The translations under genes and the position numbers were made by a program. The notes beneath the pieces were generated by a model, which saw only the letters and a program-made list of their open reading frames with translations, searched no databases and was not told the origin of the DNA. A stretch of 64,000 bases of DNA from Takakia lepidozioides (Eukaryota; Plantae; Bryophyta), in contig CM060732.1 of assembly GCA_030704615.1 (NCBI GenBank), forward strand, positions 60,264,001 through 60,328,000, in the 5' to 3' direction. Below are positions 26,278 through 38,980 of the stretch, in pieces (position 1 is the stretch's first letter; every line of letters begins with the position of its first letter).

Positions 26278-29200
26278 ATGCTCATGAACAGACCAGGGGT
26301 AGAGGGCTGGCAGCCCCACCAGGTGCACAAAAGCCATGCGGCGACTTCCATGCCGTCTTCGATGCCACCATCGCTCCCCACGTACCCGCCCCAGCAGGGG
26401 CATAAGCCACAAGTGGGAGGAGGTGCTCCCCCGTTCCTTCCCCCACCTCAAGCGTCTGCTGCCAACCAGCAGTCTGCCCCTGCGCACCAGCATCCTGCAT
26501 ACTATCAATTTGCTACGCAGCAGGTGGGCGTGCAGCAGTCAGGCACCCAGCAGGCTGCACCTCACCCTTCATTTCACCACTATCCATCGGCCATGCTGCA
26601 ATCCCAATATCACCAGCCGCAGCAGGTTGCCGGGCAGCAGCCAGAAGACACTCAGTGGTCCTGCACCCAGCCAACTTCTCCAAACCTTTGCCAACAGCAG
26701 CAGCAGACACCATACTTGTGTCAACCTCAGCATTCTCAATACGAACCTGCCACTCACCAGCCTCATCATCCTTCAGCGTTTGGTGACCACATCCCCTCCT
26801 CTCCACGTAATGAACCGAATTCAGGTGGCTCCAGATCCGGAGCACATGTTGGCCAGCAGCAATTACTACCCTCGTTCCAGGGACCTCCTTCTTATCAAGC
26901 CCCTGTGCAGTGGTCGGGCAGCCAACAGCCTAGTTCCCAGTGGCCAAACACCCAACAGACTGGAGTGCAATGGCCATCAGCTACCCAGCAGGCTGGTTCA
27001 GGTTTGTCTGGTACTTATCAGGCAAAAGCCCTTCCCCTTGTCATAGGCGCCTCAGGATATGGAAATCCTGCAGGAGATAGTTGTAGCCACCCTGAAAAGT
27101 CGGCTACAGGGGGGCAAGGTGCTCTGGCACACACACGGATGGATACTGAGGCAGCTGGCCCCTACCCTTTTCAAGAGTTGGATTCTGGATTGTCAATTCA
27201 AGGCGGTCCTCCTGTTCACCCCGCGGGTTCTGTACTGGCAATTGCTCCAAAGACAGAAGATACAGATGAAGCAGATTTTGGTGACCAACTACAGGTTAAT
27301 GTTTTGTCTCCTCTCGCCTTTTTTCGTCTTTCTGGGCCCCCCAAGAGTCTTGTTCTATGCCTGTATGTGTATCATTGTGTTTCTGTCTGTTCTCTCTTTT
27401 CCCTCGGTTTTGGGTTTATGATAAGTATGTCAGGAGGCATGGGCAAAGAGGTGTCAGCAGTGAAGTTTGCATACTACGAGGCATAACAAGAAGAAGAGAA
27501 AGAAAGAAAGAACAGGTCTTAAATGCATAGGAGACCCAGAAAGATTCTGGGTGTGGGTTAAGTCTCTGCAGTGAATGCATGCTACGAATGCTTGACTCCA
27601 AAATGTTATGAGTTGAAGCGAACAAAGGAAGAGCTTGCTAATCTGTGTTAACCTTTAAAGGAATATAAAAATTTGATTTCTTTTTACATAACTTGTACTC
27701 ATATGCCCCCGGTTGGATGGTTCAGATTCTTTTTAGTCCAGAAGCCATTTTTTTTATTGAGGGAAGCTATGTTTTCCCTGAGCTGCAGAATTTCCCTTAT
27801 GATTAACTCAACAAAGAAGCTGCTGATACAGTCCGTCCTCTTATCTCCAGGCTTTCTTACACCCAGTTGACCCCAAGTTCACCTACAGGTACATGCAGTC
27901 TTTGGGGTCTTTGTGGAGTCCATTCCACGAGTAAGGTTGGAGTTATGGAGGCTGTCTTTTTTTGGGGAGGTGACAGCATGGGCTCTTTTATGTGAGTTTT
28001 GGAAAGAAATATTGCTGTGTGTCTTATCACCACTTCAACACCACAGGTGTTATTTGACTCGCCGGATCGGAGCTCCCACGGGGATGCTACAGTTTCTACA
28101 CAGATTGTGGAGCCTCCAAGCAATGATGCATTTGGCCAAGGAGCTGAGTTGCTGAAATGGACAGAGCTAGTGCCTGATGCGGACATCATGACCCCCTTCT
28201 GGATCGATGCAGAGAGCGGTCACGAGAAGGTATGTATGAAAGACAGAAACAAAAGGGAGAGGAAAGGGTGATTTCATTTGCAGTACCCTGGCGTGGCTTG
28301 AGTATGATGTTCTCTGGCGAGCATTGTCGCTGCAGGGTACAAAGCCTCTTGCCAATCACAAGATTTAACCGGGTCTTGAAATTTGACCTAAAAAAGCCTT
28401 AGTTCTTGAGGTCATTGAGTTCATTTATATAGCAAGCGTTGACAACAGGAGAAAGAGACTGAATTTAATTTTGCAACTGGCTTACATCTGGTTGGAGGAA
28501 AAATGGGACAGACTAGTGAGAAGGAAATAAGGCGTGAGGTATATACTGTTTTGAAGTTTGGAAGTTTCCATTATTAACATCTCAGACCAGAGGGAGGGGA
28601 TGACTCACTTGTTTAATATGGATGTGGGTTTTGGGTTAGCAATCACATGACTCCTTTGAAGTCAATGTGTATGTCTGTTCTCCTCCCTTCTGTCTTCGTC
28701 TGTCTGTCTGTTTCCATGCATCTCTGATCCTCAACGTGATGCAGGCGTTTTATCAGACGGCTAAGGATGCACCATTGGTTGCAGCACCACCACCCCACAG
28801 AGGCCCCCAGCCATCAGGTTTGTGTTCCATGAATTGCACATGCAGCTTTAGCATGATGTCTCTCATATTTCAAAAATACAAGGATATCCTTCGAAAGCAA
28901 ACATGTGTCTGCCTTATGCACTGCCAGCCCATTTGGACAAGTCCAGAGAATGGAAATTGGTCAGTCCCAAGCAGGATCACGCAAGCAGTGATCAGGAAGA
29001 GACAAGTTGGCCTACCTGTGCCATCAGAACTCCAACAGACTACCCCCAATGTCAGTGCACATTTTCATAAGTTTCTTAATGAAGGCCAGCCACTGGGCCC
29101 TAACCCACCACCATGGCTTGCCATCATCATTCACGAACATTTGACTTGGGGAATGTACTGTAAAAAATGTTCAATTCTACTGGATCCATGGAACTTTCAG

Positions 29201-32200
29201 TGAGGCAGCCATTAGGTAAGGGGGATCCATTCTTCACAAAGCACGTATGTGCTCGAATTATAGTGCTTGGAACAGAACAGTGCAGTCAACTATTTTAGAG
29301 GGCAGAGTTGTGAAAACCCCTAGCTTGCTTGCAATTGTTTACAAGTGATACTTCTTTGCATCTGTTGATATAATAGTGTAATCTTTTGTGTGCTGGCATA
29401 TGAGACCCCATAAGTGAGGTGTTCTAGTGACAACCTTACATGCTTGCAGATGGAATTTTCCCATAACCTGAAATATTCTAATGCAGTTCCTTGGTGATAC
29501 AGGGATTGCTTCTCCCGGGAGTCCTGGGCCTTCCTTGGCTGCAGTAGCAGTTAAGACAAGATTGCGTTGGACACCAGAGCTGCATGAGCAGTTTGTGCAG
29601 GCTGTCAGTCAGCTGGGGGGAGCTGACCGTAAGTAATCTTCTCTTCAACACATCCCATACCCCTTATTTGTTGACCCCCTTATGAGGTTCCTTCCGTGTC
29701 TTTGTTTTATCTGTGGGGTTCCGCGCTCTCAGCTGATGCACATGTGGCTGCTGAAGCCCACATAGCCCTGGAATTCTGAGCAGCCAGCCAAGGCTCCCCC
29801 TGAACACACATTCAGTCCTAAGGTGCATTCGTTGAGAACAAGGGAATTCTTCTTAACCCACATACAGCAGCACATCAATCTTCTTTACATGGCCATCAGA
29901 CACTCACAGCATAACAATCACACAAACTGAGGTAGGATTAAAAAAGAATCAGACATGTTTTCACAAGACCTTGCTTTCTTACCTGTGACAGTAGCACAAA
30001 CCCTTGGTTGCTATGCTCAACAAGCGTTTCCTGCAAATCACCCATTGTGCAGAGAGTCTTCCTTTGTTCATGTTAGGGCGACCGGCTGCTTAGTGCAACT
30101 TTAGGGCTTCTAGCCACACTTTTGAGCAGGCTCTCTGCTCTCCCTCTGGATGGTATGATAAAGGGATTTCTGGGTAGATAATGAAGTTCACTACTACATT
30201 TTCAACAACTTTCTGCTCCTAAACTGACTACTTATCTCCACAAGGCTATTGCAAGCTCTCTCTCTCACACACACAAACACACATTCAGTCATACCTTAGT
30301 TCAAAGCATGGCTTTTGAAAGTGTCCCTCTGAAATTTGGCAAGTTGCTTGTGACTTTACAGGGGCAACGCCAAAAGCAGTTTTACGTTTAATGGGCGTTC
30401 AGGACATCACCATCTATCATGTCAAGAGCCATTTACAGGTTTGGGATTCTTATTCAAGTTCATTTGATAAAAAATGTCTGTGTACATATGATCACAAGCA
30501 AGAGAAAGTATGTGGTAAATGGTGCGAGTGTGGGAAGTAGAGAAGTGTGAGAAAGAGAGGAGAATTAATGTGTAAGTCCATTAAGGGCCCAAAAGTTCCA
30601 ACTTCTCCCTTTGTGATTTGACATCCAGTAGAATCTGATGAGGATTTGCAGATCTTGAGGTGAATAATCTTCTTGACTAGTGGTTTTGTTGGAAGTAATA
30701 AAGTGTTTCTGATTCAAGTGACTAATGGTGGCTTTTGTTATTCCAGAAATATCGGCTTGCTAAGTATATGCCAGAGACTTCTGAAGGTACTGTCTCAATT
30801 GCAGATACAGATTCACAAATATATGGATAACAGTTTTATTGTGGACTGAGTCTCCCGTCCTATGTTGTCAGATCATTTTTAGGTGAGGCTAAGACAGCTC
30901 AGAATTTGCCGAGTTGGCCTGAAGATTTTGATTATCGCCCTGAAAAACTAATATCTACGCAAACAAGGAAAGAGCCAAACAAAGGGACAGAAAACTGTGA
31001 TTGCCTGAGACAAGCTCATCAACTCAACCACCCATATCTGTGGTCTGTTGGGCTATGTTCTCCCTCGTGTTGACTAATTCCTATACTGCATCCTCTGAAG
31101 GGCAAGTGCCCTGCAGATTTCAACTCTTCCAGTCTCAGTCCTGGGGTTACTATGTACCAGGTGTTGAATTACAGAAGAATGAGTGAGATTGTAGGGCATG
31201 GTACTGGACTCGGTGTTTCATCTTTGCCAGCGACAGTCTAGGGCATTCATATGTTAGTGTAGCACTCACCAGCAGAAAATCAGATCTAGCCATAGACTGC
31301 ACTTGGCTGAGTTATGTTTTTGGGGTGTGCAGAAGCAAGGGCTGAAAAAAGAAGGATGGAAAGCCATCTTTCACCGCTGGACATGAATTCGTGAGTCTCT
31401 CTCTCTCTTCCATGTCACCCACACGCACAAGGACTTGCTCAGACAATTTCAGTTTACAAAAGCAAAGTTGGTGAATAGCTATTTCTGAACATGAAGCCAC
31501 AATATTGGTAATGGAAAGGCATATTGACACACCATGCAGCCAACACGTTAAGTTGTGGAAAATTCATGACCGGTTTTTTATTCTGACATCCTTGAGAAAT
31601 CAGTAGAGGAGATTGAGGTAAAGATAGTTAGACCAAGGAAGGATTGCTCCACAAAAGTGAAGTACCTGATTCACAGCTACTCTACCAGTCCTGTGAAGAT
31701 CTTCCAACTTGTTTTTGGGAATGTGTCATAACAGGAGCAATCAGTTAACACGGACGCTGCAAATGCAAATGGAAGTGCAGAAGAAGCTGCACGAACAGCT
31801 AGAGGTTTGAAATCTGTCCCTTCAGTGCCATGTGTTTGGCCAGAAGGCTTTCAGACACAAGTCAATGATGCTAGCTACAGCTTGGGACCAGATCTTCGTT
31901 TTGCAAAAGTGTATGTACTGAGAACCTGTGGTAGTAGTTTATGATCAAGGTTGTGAATCTACTTGTTTGCAGGTTCAGCGGGAGCTGCAGCTGAAGATTG
32001 AACAAATGATTGAAGCACAGGCTAAAGCAGGCGGGATGATGCTCGGCCCTCGCATGGATAATCGAGTGGGTGAGCCATCTACCTTGACGAGCCCTCCAGC
32101 ATCAAATTCAGGTGAACGAAACGAAAACTTGGGCTTGATTTCAGGGATGCCCATAACTGCTAGTTCAGAGGGCTGTCTGATGGCGACCCTCTCCTCAGCA

Positions 32201-32863
32201 ACTGTCGCTACAAGTGACACTACACCACTTCCGTCAAGAACCCCGGTTTTGGCATCAGATAGCAGTATTAGTGTACCTCTACCGGGAACTTCCTCAGTTG
32301 GTGATGTTGGGAGGCCAGACTCCACCCAGGGGTTGCCATCAACACCAGAGCAGCACCAGCTACACACCCGTTTGCATGGAGATATGGAGCATTCACCTCC
32401 ACATAAACCTCAGCCTTCACCCCAGGTTGAGCTGTCTACAAACATTGCAGATGAGGAGCCTTCACCAAAGAGATTACGGATTGACATAAATCCAGCCATG
32501 TCAGTCTCCTCTGAGGGGCAGGGTCCAGATGCGAGGTGTGAGCCCCAACCTTCACAGGAAGGGAGGAGTGGACTAAGTGGCAACAACTCGGCAGGCCATG
32601 AGCCAGGTGCTGGCTCTGAACAGGTTGAAGCACCACCTCCTTCTAAACTCCCATCATCGGTCCCTGCTCATGTGGATCCAAACCTGCCTGCCGACTTGCA
32701 GCACTCAGAAGGGCAACAGGTGGCCACTACCATCCAAACATCAGCCCATGCTTCCGGTTCAGGAACTGTCCCACCTCTCCTCCCACAGCGGCAACCTCCA
32801 TTGCCTCTTGCAGTTTGTGCCCAACAACCAGTCCAACAGAAACCATTGCAGGCCTCTGTTTGA
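26278..32863 (+). CDS. PHR1-like (GARP MYB-CC) transcription factor with long Q/P-rich N-terminus
   Basis: Exons about 26278-27294, 28047-28229, 28745-28817, 29503-29628 (RLRWTPELHEQFVQAVSQLGG), 30362-30438 (ATPKAVL...YHVKSHLQ), 30747-30786 (KYRL), 31333-31390, 31735-31804 (QMEVQKKLHEQLE), 31973-32863 (VQRELQLKIE). Confidence 0.92.
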
Positions 32864-33928
32864 CATGATGGACTCAAGTTTGTGATTGGGGCTACTTAAG
32901 TAGTCTCATGGCAAAGAGCCCCAATCATTCAAAGACCGTGGACGAAAGCTGACTTTGCTCAGGGTTAAACCAGAATTTTGAAGTGCCTTGCACAAGGACA
33001 CACGTCTCCTAGAGGTCATTGGGCAAATCCTTTCTGAGCACTCCCCTTGATATTGAGTCTGAACCAGGGGCATTCATGTGTGGTCACTACAGCTTTACAA
33101 GATTGGTTATGTTACCCTATTCATCAGTTCAGGCAGCATGGTGACCAGTTGGGCTCTTGCGGGGCCTCCCGTTTTGAAGTCTTTTGTACGAAGTAAAGTT
33201 CTGGCTCGTGTCAAAGTTGGGAATTGTTGATGAAGTTTCCCAAGGCATGAAGTGGAAAGTTCACTACTCCAAGTGTTTCATTTGGTGCAGTGGTTGTAAA
33301 CCATTGTTTGCAAAATATTGATTCTGATTGTTTCCTAGTTAAGAAGATTGTTCCACTGGTGATATAAACTTTTGGAAAATAAAAAAATAATTGTAGTCTT
33401 GAGTTGCTGTACAGCACCCACCATGATCTCTCTCTCATGTGCTTTTCTTGGTAGTATGACTTAATGAGTGACAGTCCGAACATGCAAACTTGATCTCAGC
33501 CAGAAAATTACAATTAATACAGCTCCAGTTACAATGGAGGAGCATTTTGTGGATACTCTATCCATGATGGGGTCTGCCGGGCAAGTGCAGGAATTGCACA
33601 CTTCATTAGGCTCATCATGTACGCCCTCTGGAAAATGATGTCCTCCCTCAGCCTCAGGAATTGCAGTTCCAACATTACCCTGGCCAAAGACCTAATATCT
33701 CGGTTGGATTTACTTCGTCATATATTTATCAGTCGTTTCATGGCAGTTTCTGGGCAACAATCAGTGGGTCATTTATCTGGTCGTCTCTTGTTTGTTTTAT
33801 CAATTTTCCTTGGTCGGAAGACTGATTCAAAGCGTTTCTACTGGCTTTTATCATTTACCCATTGCTTATAACAAAAATAATAAACTGTCACTCTTTTGCT
33901 CTCTTGTTTCAAGATGCAGATTCTCAAT

Positions 33929-34230
33929 TCACCAGTAATCCTTACAAGAACGAAATCCATCCTTGAAGTAGTGAAAGCGCCAGCCCCATTATTCGAGATG
34001 TACTTGGTGGCCATATACTCGAAAAAGTCACCACATACTCATCATTCATAGTCACCCTGAGAGAGGTTTCCAGGGGGGGTGCCAGCGAGCCCAAAGGCAA
34101 TGGCCAACTTCTCACTGTGATGGCTAAGAAAAATTTCCTTTTGCTCCTCCTCAACATCATGCAATACAAAACAACCGGCCTCTTCCATTTGCTCAGACGA
34201 CGACAACAGCTTAGCATGGATTTCTAAAAA
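33929..34230 (-). pseudogene. Degenerate E+/DYW deaminase domain downstream of the PPR stop codon
   Basis: In frame after the TAA: [28 protein letters not shown]. Then frameshifts, VCGDF (second Cys lost) and terminal RFHYFKDGFRSCKDYW*. Confidence 0.9.
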
Positions 34231-36828
34231 TTAAGGATGCAAGTTTTGATTTACAACTTTTTGACACCTGTCCTCCATGATTTTTCTCACCTTTGCTGTA
34301 TCATCCCACCTGCCAGCCGCAGCATAGATGTTTGATAGCAGCACATAAGTTGCAATGTGCTGTGGATGCTGCTTGAGAAGGCACTGCGCCACACGTTCTG
34401 CTACCTCCAAATTGCCATGATTTCCACAGGCCCCAAGCAAGGCCCCCCACACTGGGGCATCTGGATCAATAGGCATCTTGTAAATGAACTCCTCTGCCTC
34501 ATCTAGTCGACCTGCACGGCCAAGAAGGTCCACCATGCAGCCAAAATGCTCTCCTGTAGGAGTGAGGCCATGATCCAGCCTCATAGAATTGAAGTAGTGA
34601 AGTCCTTCATCAACTAGGCCCACATGACTGCAAGCAGAGAGAATGCATGTAAGGGTGATACAATCTGGCTTCAAACCTTCCTTTTGCATTTCTGCAAAGA
34701 GTTCGAGGGCCTCCCTACCATACCCATGCTGACCATATCCTGCAATCATGGCGTTCCATGAGATCACATCTTGTTCAGTCATATTGTCGAACACTCGACG
34801 AGCACTATTTACGCTCCCACATTTGGCATACATGTTAACAAGGGTGTTCTCCAGAATGATATTTGGTGCAATTCCAGCTTCGATGATGTCAGCATGGACC
34901 TGTTTGCCTTTTTCCAGGGCTGCCAGGCTGGCACATGCATTGAGAACGCAAATGAATGTGATGCAGTTGGGTGTGCAGCCTTCCCTTACCATTTGCTTAT
35001 ACATCTCGAAAGCCTTTCGAGCACACCCATGCTGAGCATATCCAGCAATCATCGAACTCCATGAGACCACATCTGGCTTTAAGCCTTCCCGTTGCATTTG
35101 TTCAAATAATTGAAGGGCCTCCCTTTGATACCCATGCTGAGCATATCCTGTGATCATGGCATTCCATGAGACCACATCTTGTTCAGCCATACTGTTGAAC
35201 ACTTTATTTGCATCCTTAATGCTCCCACATTTGGCATACATATTAACAAGGGTATTCTGTAGAATGATATCTGGTGCAATTCCAGCTTTGATGATGTTTG
35301 CATGGACCTCTTTGCCCTTACTCAGAGTTCCCAGGCTGACACACGCTTTGAGAATGGCAGCGAATGTGATGTTATTGGGCACCACTCCCTCCCCTATCAT
35401 TTGCTCATACATCTCAAAAGCTTCCCTCCCACACCCATGCTGAGCATATCCTGCAATAATCGCACTCCATGTGACCACATTTCGTTCAGTCATATTGTTA
35501 AACACTTGACGGGCATCCTTCATGCTCCCACATTTAGCATACATGTCAACAAGGGCAGTGTCCAGAACGATATCTGCAGGAATTCCAGCTTTTGCGATGT
35601 CAGCATGGACCTCTTTCCCCTTTTCTAGGCCTTCCAGGCTCACACAGGCATTGAGAACACAAATGAAGGTAACCTTATTGGGCTTCATCCCTTCCCCAAT
35701 CATTTCCTTATAGACCTTCAAAGCCTCCAAGCCACACCTGTGCTGAGCATATCCTGAGATCATCACATTCCATGATACCACATTTCGTTCAGCCATGTTG
35801 TTGAATACTCGGCGCGCCTCCCTCATGTTCCCGCATTTGGCATACATGGCAGCAAGGGCAGTCTCCAGAATGATGTCCGATGCAATTCCAGATTTAATGA
35901 TGTGCACATGAACGGCTTTCCCCTTTTCCAGGGCTTCCAGGCTGGCACATGCATTGAGGATGCAAATGAACGTGACCTTGTTAGGTGTCACTCCTTCTAA
36001 TATCATTTGTTCATACATCTCGAAAGCCTCCATACCACACCCATGCTGAGCATAACCTGAAATCATTGCACTCCACGAGACTACATTTCGTTGAGCCATA
36101 TTGTCAAACACTTGACGCGCCTCCTTCATATTCCCACATTTGGCATACATGGCAGCAAGGGCAGTCTCCAGAATGATATCTGGCGCAATTCCAGCTTTGA
36201 CGATGTGAGCATGGACCTCTTTGCCCTTTCCCAGGGCTCCTAGGCTGGCACACGCCTTGAGAATGCAAATGAACGTGACATTGTTGGGAGTCACCCCTTC
36301 CCGGATCATTTGCTGATAGACCTCGAAAGCCTCCCTACCATGCCCATGCTGAGCATATCCTGCCACCATTATACTCCACGCAAACACATCTCGGTCGTGC
36401 ATTCGGTCAAACAACGTGCGTGCAGCTGCCACACTTCCGCACTTGGCATACATGTTAACAAGGGTGCTGAGTAGAAAAATATTTGGCTTGAATCCAGTTT
36501 GAACAATATGGGCGTGCACCTGCTTTCCCATTTCAAGATTCCCAAGTTTGATGCATTCCCGCAAGAGACAGACATAAGTACTGGAGTCTGCCCCACTTCC
36601 ATGTCTATTCAATGTGTGCGGGAAGTCTTTTCGTTGCCCGGCCTTCTTTAGCGTCCTCACATCCCCACAAGAGCCAGAAGAATTCTTGTTGAGTCCATCA
36701 CTAGATTGTGCTCGCCCTTGTATTAAGGCAGAAACTAGCGCTCCTTCCACCCGAGGGATCGACCAACCATCAATCCAAAAGGGCTCGCTTGTACGCTTAT
36801 TTCTGAACTCTGGTGATCGTGGAATTTT
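34231..36828 (-). CDS. PLS-class pentatricopeptide repeat protein (21 PPR motifs + E1/E2), organellar RNA-editing factor type; true start probably in an upstream exon
   Basis: Repeating P (VVSWxAMIxGYAQHG), L (VTFICILxAC) and S (TALxxMYAKCG) motifs, then P2-L2-S2-E1-E2 (WGALLGAC, YVLLSNIYA). Splice acceptor at about 36829. Confidence 0.93.
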   Translation of the reverse strand, partial: KIPRSPEFRNKRTSEPFWIDGWSIPRVEGALVSALIQGRAQSSDGLNKNSSGSCGDVRTLKKAGQRKDFPHTLNRHGSGADSSTYVCLLRECIKLGNLEMGKQVHAHIVQTGFKPNIFLLSTLVNMYAKCGSVAAARTLFDRMHDRDVFAWSIMVAGYAQHGHGREAFEVYQQMIREGVTPNNVTFICILKACASLGALGKGKEVHAHIVKAGIAPDIILETALAAMYAKCGNMKEARQVFDNMAQRNVVSWSAMISGYAQHGCGMEAFEMYEQMILEGVTPNKVTFICILNACASLEALEKGKAVHVHIIKSGIASDIILETALAAMYAKCGNMREARRVFNNMAERNVVSWNVMISGYAQHRCGLEALKVYKEMIGEGMKPNKVTFICVLNACVSLEGLEKGKEVHADIAKAGIPADIVLDTALVDMYAKCGSMKDARQVFNNMTERNVVTWSAIIAGYAQHGCGREAFEMYEQMIGEGVVPNNITFAAILKACVSLGTLSKGKEVHANIIKAGIAPDIILQNTLVNMYAKCGSIKDANKVFNSMAEQDVVSWNAMITGYAQHGYQREALQLFEQMQREGLKPDVVSWSSMIAGYAQHGCARKAFEMYKQMVREGCTPNCITFICVLNACASLAALEKGKQVHADIIEAGIAPNIILENTLVNMYAKCGSVNSARRVFDNMTEQDVISWNAMIAGYGQHGYGREALELFAEMQKEGLKPDCITLTCILSACSHVGLVDEGLHYFNSMRLDHGLTPTGEHFGCMVDLLGRAGRLDEAEEFIYKMPIDPDAPVWGALLGACGNHGNLEVAERVAQCLLKQHPQHIATYVLLSNIYAAAGRWDDTAKVRKIMEDRCQKVVNQNLHP

Positions 36829-37769
36829 CTGTAAAAAGTACCAGGGGGAATCTGAGCAGCAACAGCTTCACAGCCTCACATAGACCAGGCTACAATCACC
36901 TCAGCTACAAACACCTTCCAAACAACAGAACACAGGCCTTTCAGTCACAATCCGTCCTTGACAAATTCTTTCACACCACAAATAAGATAGCCTCACCTTA
37001 TGAAACCTCTTGTTCCAAAACTGTGTAGGATCGGAGAAGAGTCCACTGGAGAGTCGTTGTTTGCTCGATGCTTGGCCTGCATTCAAAAACTACGATACCA
37101 TAAGAACTCTTGTCAGCTTGCAATTGCGTCCGTCTCTATATGAGGGATCCCTAGTGCTGAAAGGTAAAGCTAGACAAGCGGCTGCAGACCTTTCCTGAAC
37201 ATCCGATCTGTGCAGTGTCATTGCAGTCGGGGTCCAGTTGCCCAACTCCACCAAACGCACGTAGGCACCCACCTTCACTTCACCATTTTCACACCCTCAC
37301 CCCTATAAACCCTACTTAAACCCTGTGCAATGGGTTTAACCCGACCCACCAGATTATCGTGTCTGGTTAACTTTTAACCGCCTACATCTCCCTGTGTATA
37401 TACGGTAACTCTGAATACGGTAACTCTCTACCTATTCGGGTTTCGTTAACTTATGCGCAAAATCAATATTTAAAAAACAAATCCAGTGTAACTTTAGTAA
37501 AAGGACACACTAACGTTTTGCACTTTTTCCTAAAAACTGTATATACCCTGACAATACACGATACTAACTGCCTAACTGAATCTTCTTATCCATCCATGGA
37601 AATATGTAGGGTAAGCCTCCTAGTGGAGGGGATTACCTACACACCCCTTGCCACTCAGCTTGTAAAGCCCCGTACTTGCTTAAGCCTGGAAATAACCCTT
37701 TTCATCCAAAACGGCGATACACATCCATAGTATATTTTTTTGGCGTATAAAGCCGTTAATCCGTTACAA

Positions 37770-38030
37770 TGATGTCTAGGTTAGGGTTAGTTTAGGCTGG
37801 TGGCTCGATCCTGGCCCTTCATCAAATCTAGGGCTACAAGGCGGCGCCGTGGGCTTTGGCCTATGATGCCTCGCCACGCGACAGGGCACTATGGTTAGGG
37901 CTTTTGTATAAAGACGGCGCCCTGACACAAGGTCAGGGCAGTGTATTCAGGTGTTAGTGTATATGTGATTTGGGTGTACAAACTTTGGATGAGAGCTCCT
38001 GTGTGTTAGATCCGCCTACTTGATCCTCCT
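37770..38030 (+). mobile_element. Possible truncated LTR fragment
   Basis: Begins TGATG, has a TATA-like TATAAAG at about 37907 and a GT-rich downstream part, then abuts the CACTA subterminal repeats. No partner LTR confirmed. Confidence 0.3.
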
Positions 38031-38060
38031 CTCGCGCATTGCCTGCTCTTTCGCTTTCAG

Positions 38061-38430
38061 CGGGACACGTGCGCCACTGCGCAAGCGACACGTCATGCAT
38101 TCGTCAGGGGGTCATATGACTATATGTCTGCAAAGTGATGCCTACATGGAGAGGCGACGGATGGACACGTGCCCCACTGCGAATATGACATGTCACGACT
38201 TCTTGCCATGATCATATGACTACATGTCTGCACAGTGATGCCTACATGGAGAGGCGCTAGCGAGACACGTGTGCTATGGCAGATTTCACACGTGGTGACT
38301 ACATGACTCGCTCATATGACTACAGGGATGTCTACATGGAGAGATATTAGCGGGACACCTGTTGCACTTGAGATGTGACATGTGGCACACAGACAAAATA
38401 TATGACTAGCATATATGACTACGGATCTTT
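38061..38430 (+). repeat. About 100-bp tandem subterminal repeats (about 4 copies) of the CACTA element
   Basis: GACACGT at 38064, 38164 and 38264, variant GACACCT at 38354. Units carry CATATGACTA and CTACATGGAGAG. Confidence 0.88.
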
Positions 38431-38980
38431 ACACGTGGTGAAAATATGGATAAAGAATGTCGTGTCATATACTGCCACGTGTTCTAGTTTGAGCAAGAGT
38501 GATGTCACGTGTCATCAAGATTGTTTTCCGAAATAGTTTATATTTTTAATGTTCATATTTTAATTTTTAGTTTTCATTTAATATTTAAAAGAACAGGGAG
38601 ATTGCAGCCTTGGATTTTTTTTTAAATGGTATTATTTTTAATATTATTATTTAAAATGAAAGTGAATTAAATGATTTAAAATCTTCATTACATGGTGAAA
38701 TTCCAACATGAAAACAGAATGGATCCCTCCTACATACTATCAACCACAAGGAGAATGAAAATAGTCAACTACAGGGCAATACAAGCCCTATAAATCACAT
38801 TACAAAAATCCAAATGAGACCAATATCCCAATGGACACCTCAAAAGCCACAAGGTCAAAAAATCCATGCCTCAAAAGGCCCAGCCAAAAACAAGCAAGCC
38901 CACACATGGGCTGAATTGTTGTAGCTAGTATGTTCTAGTGCTATTAGAATCAAGAACTCTGTTAAACAGTGCAATACTGA

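Noticed and set aside
34231-34233. Stop codon repaired by U-to-C editing or readthrough to restore the DYW domain
   Set aside because: The transcript is nuclear, and downstream frameshifts and the lost Cys would inactivate the domain anyway.
37887-37900. CACTA pentamer as the left TIR
   Set aside because: It reads CACTATGGTT, does not match the right TIR CACTACAAGAG, and lacks the expected GTT TSD.
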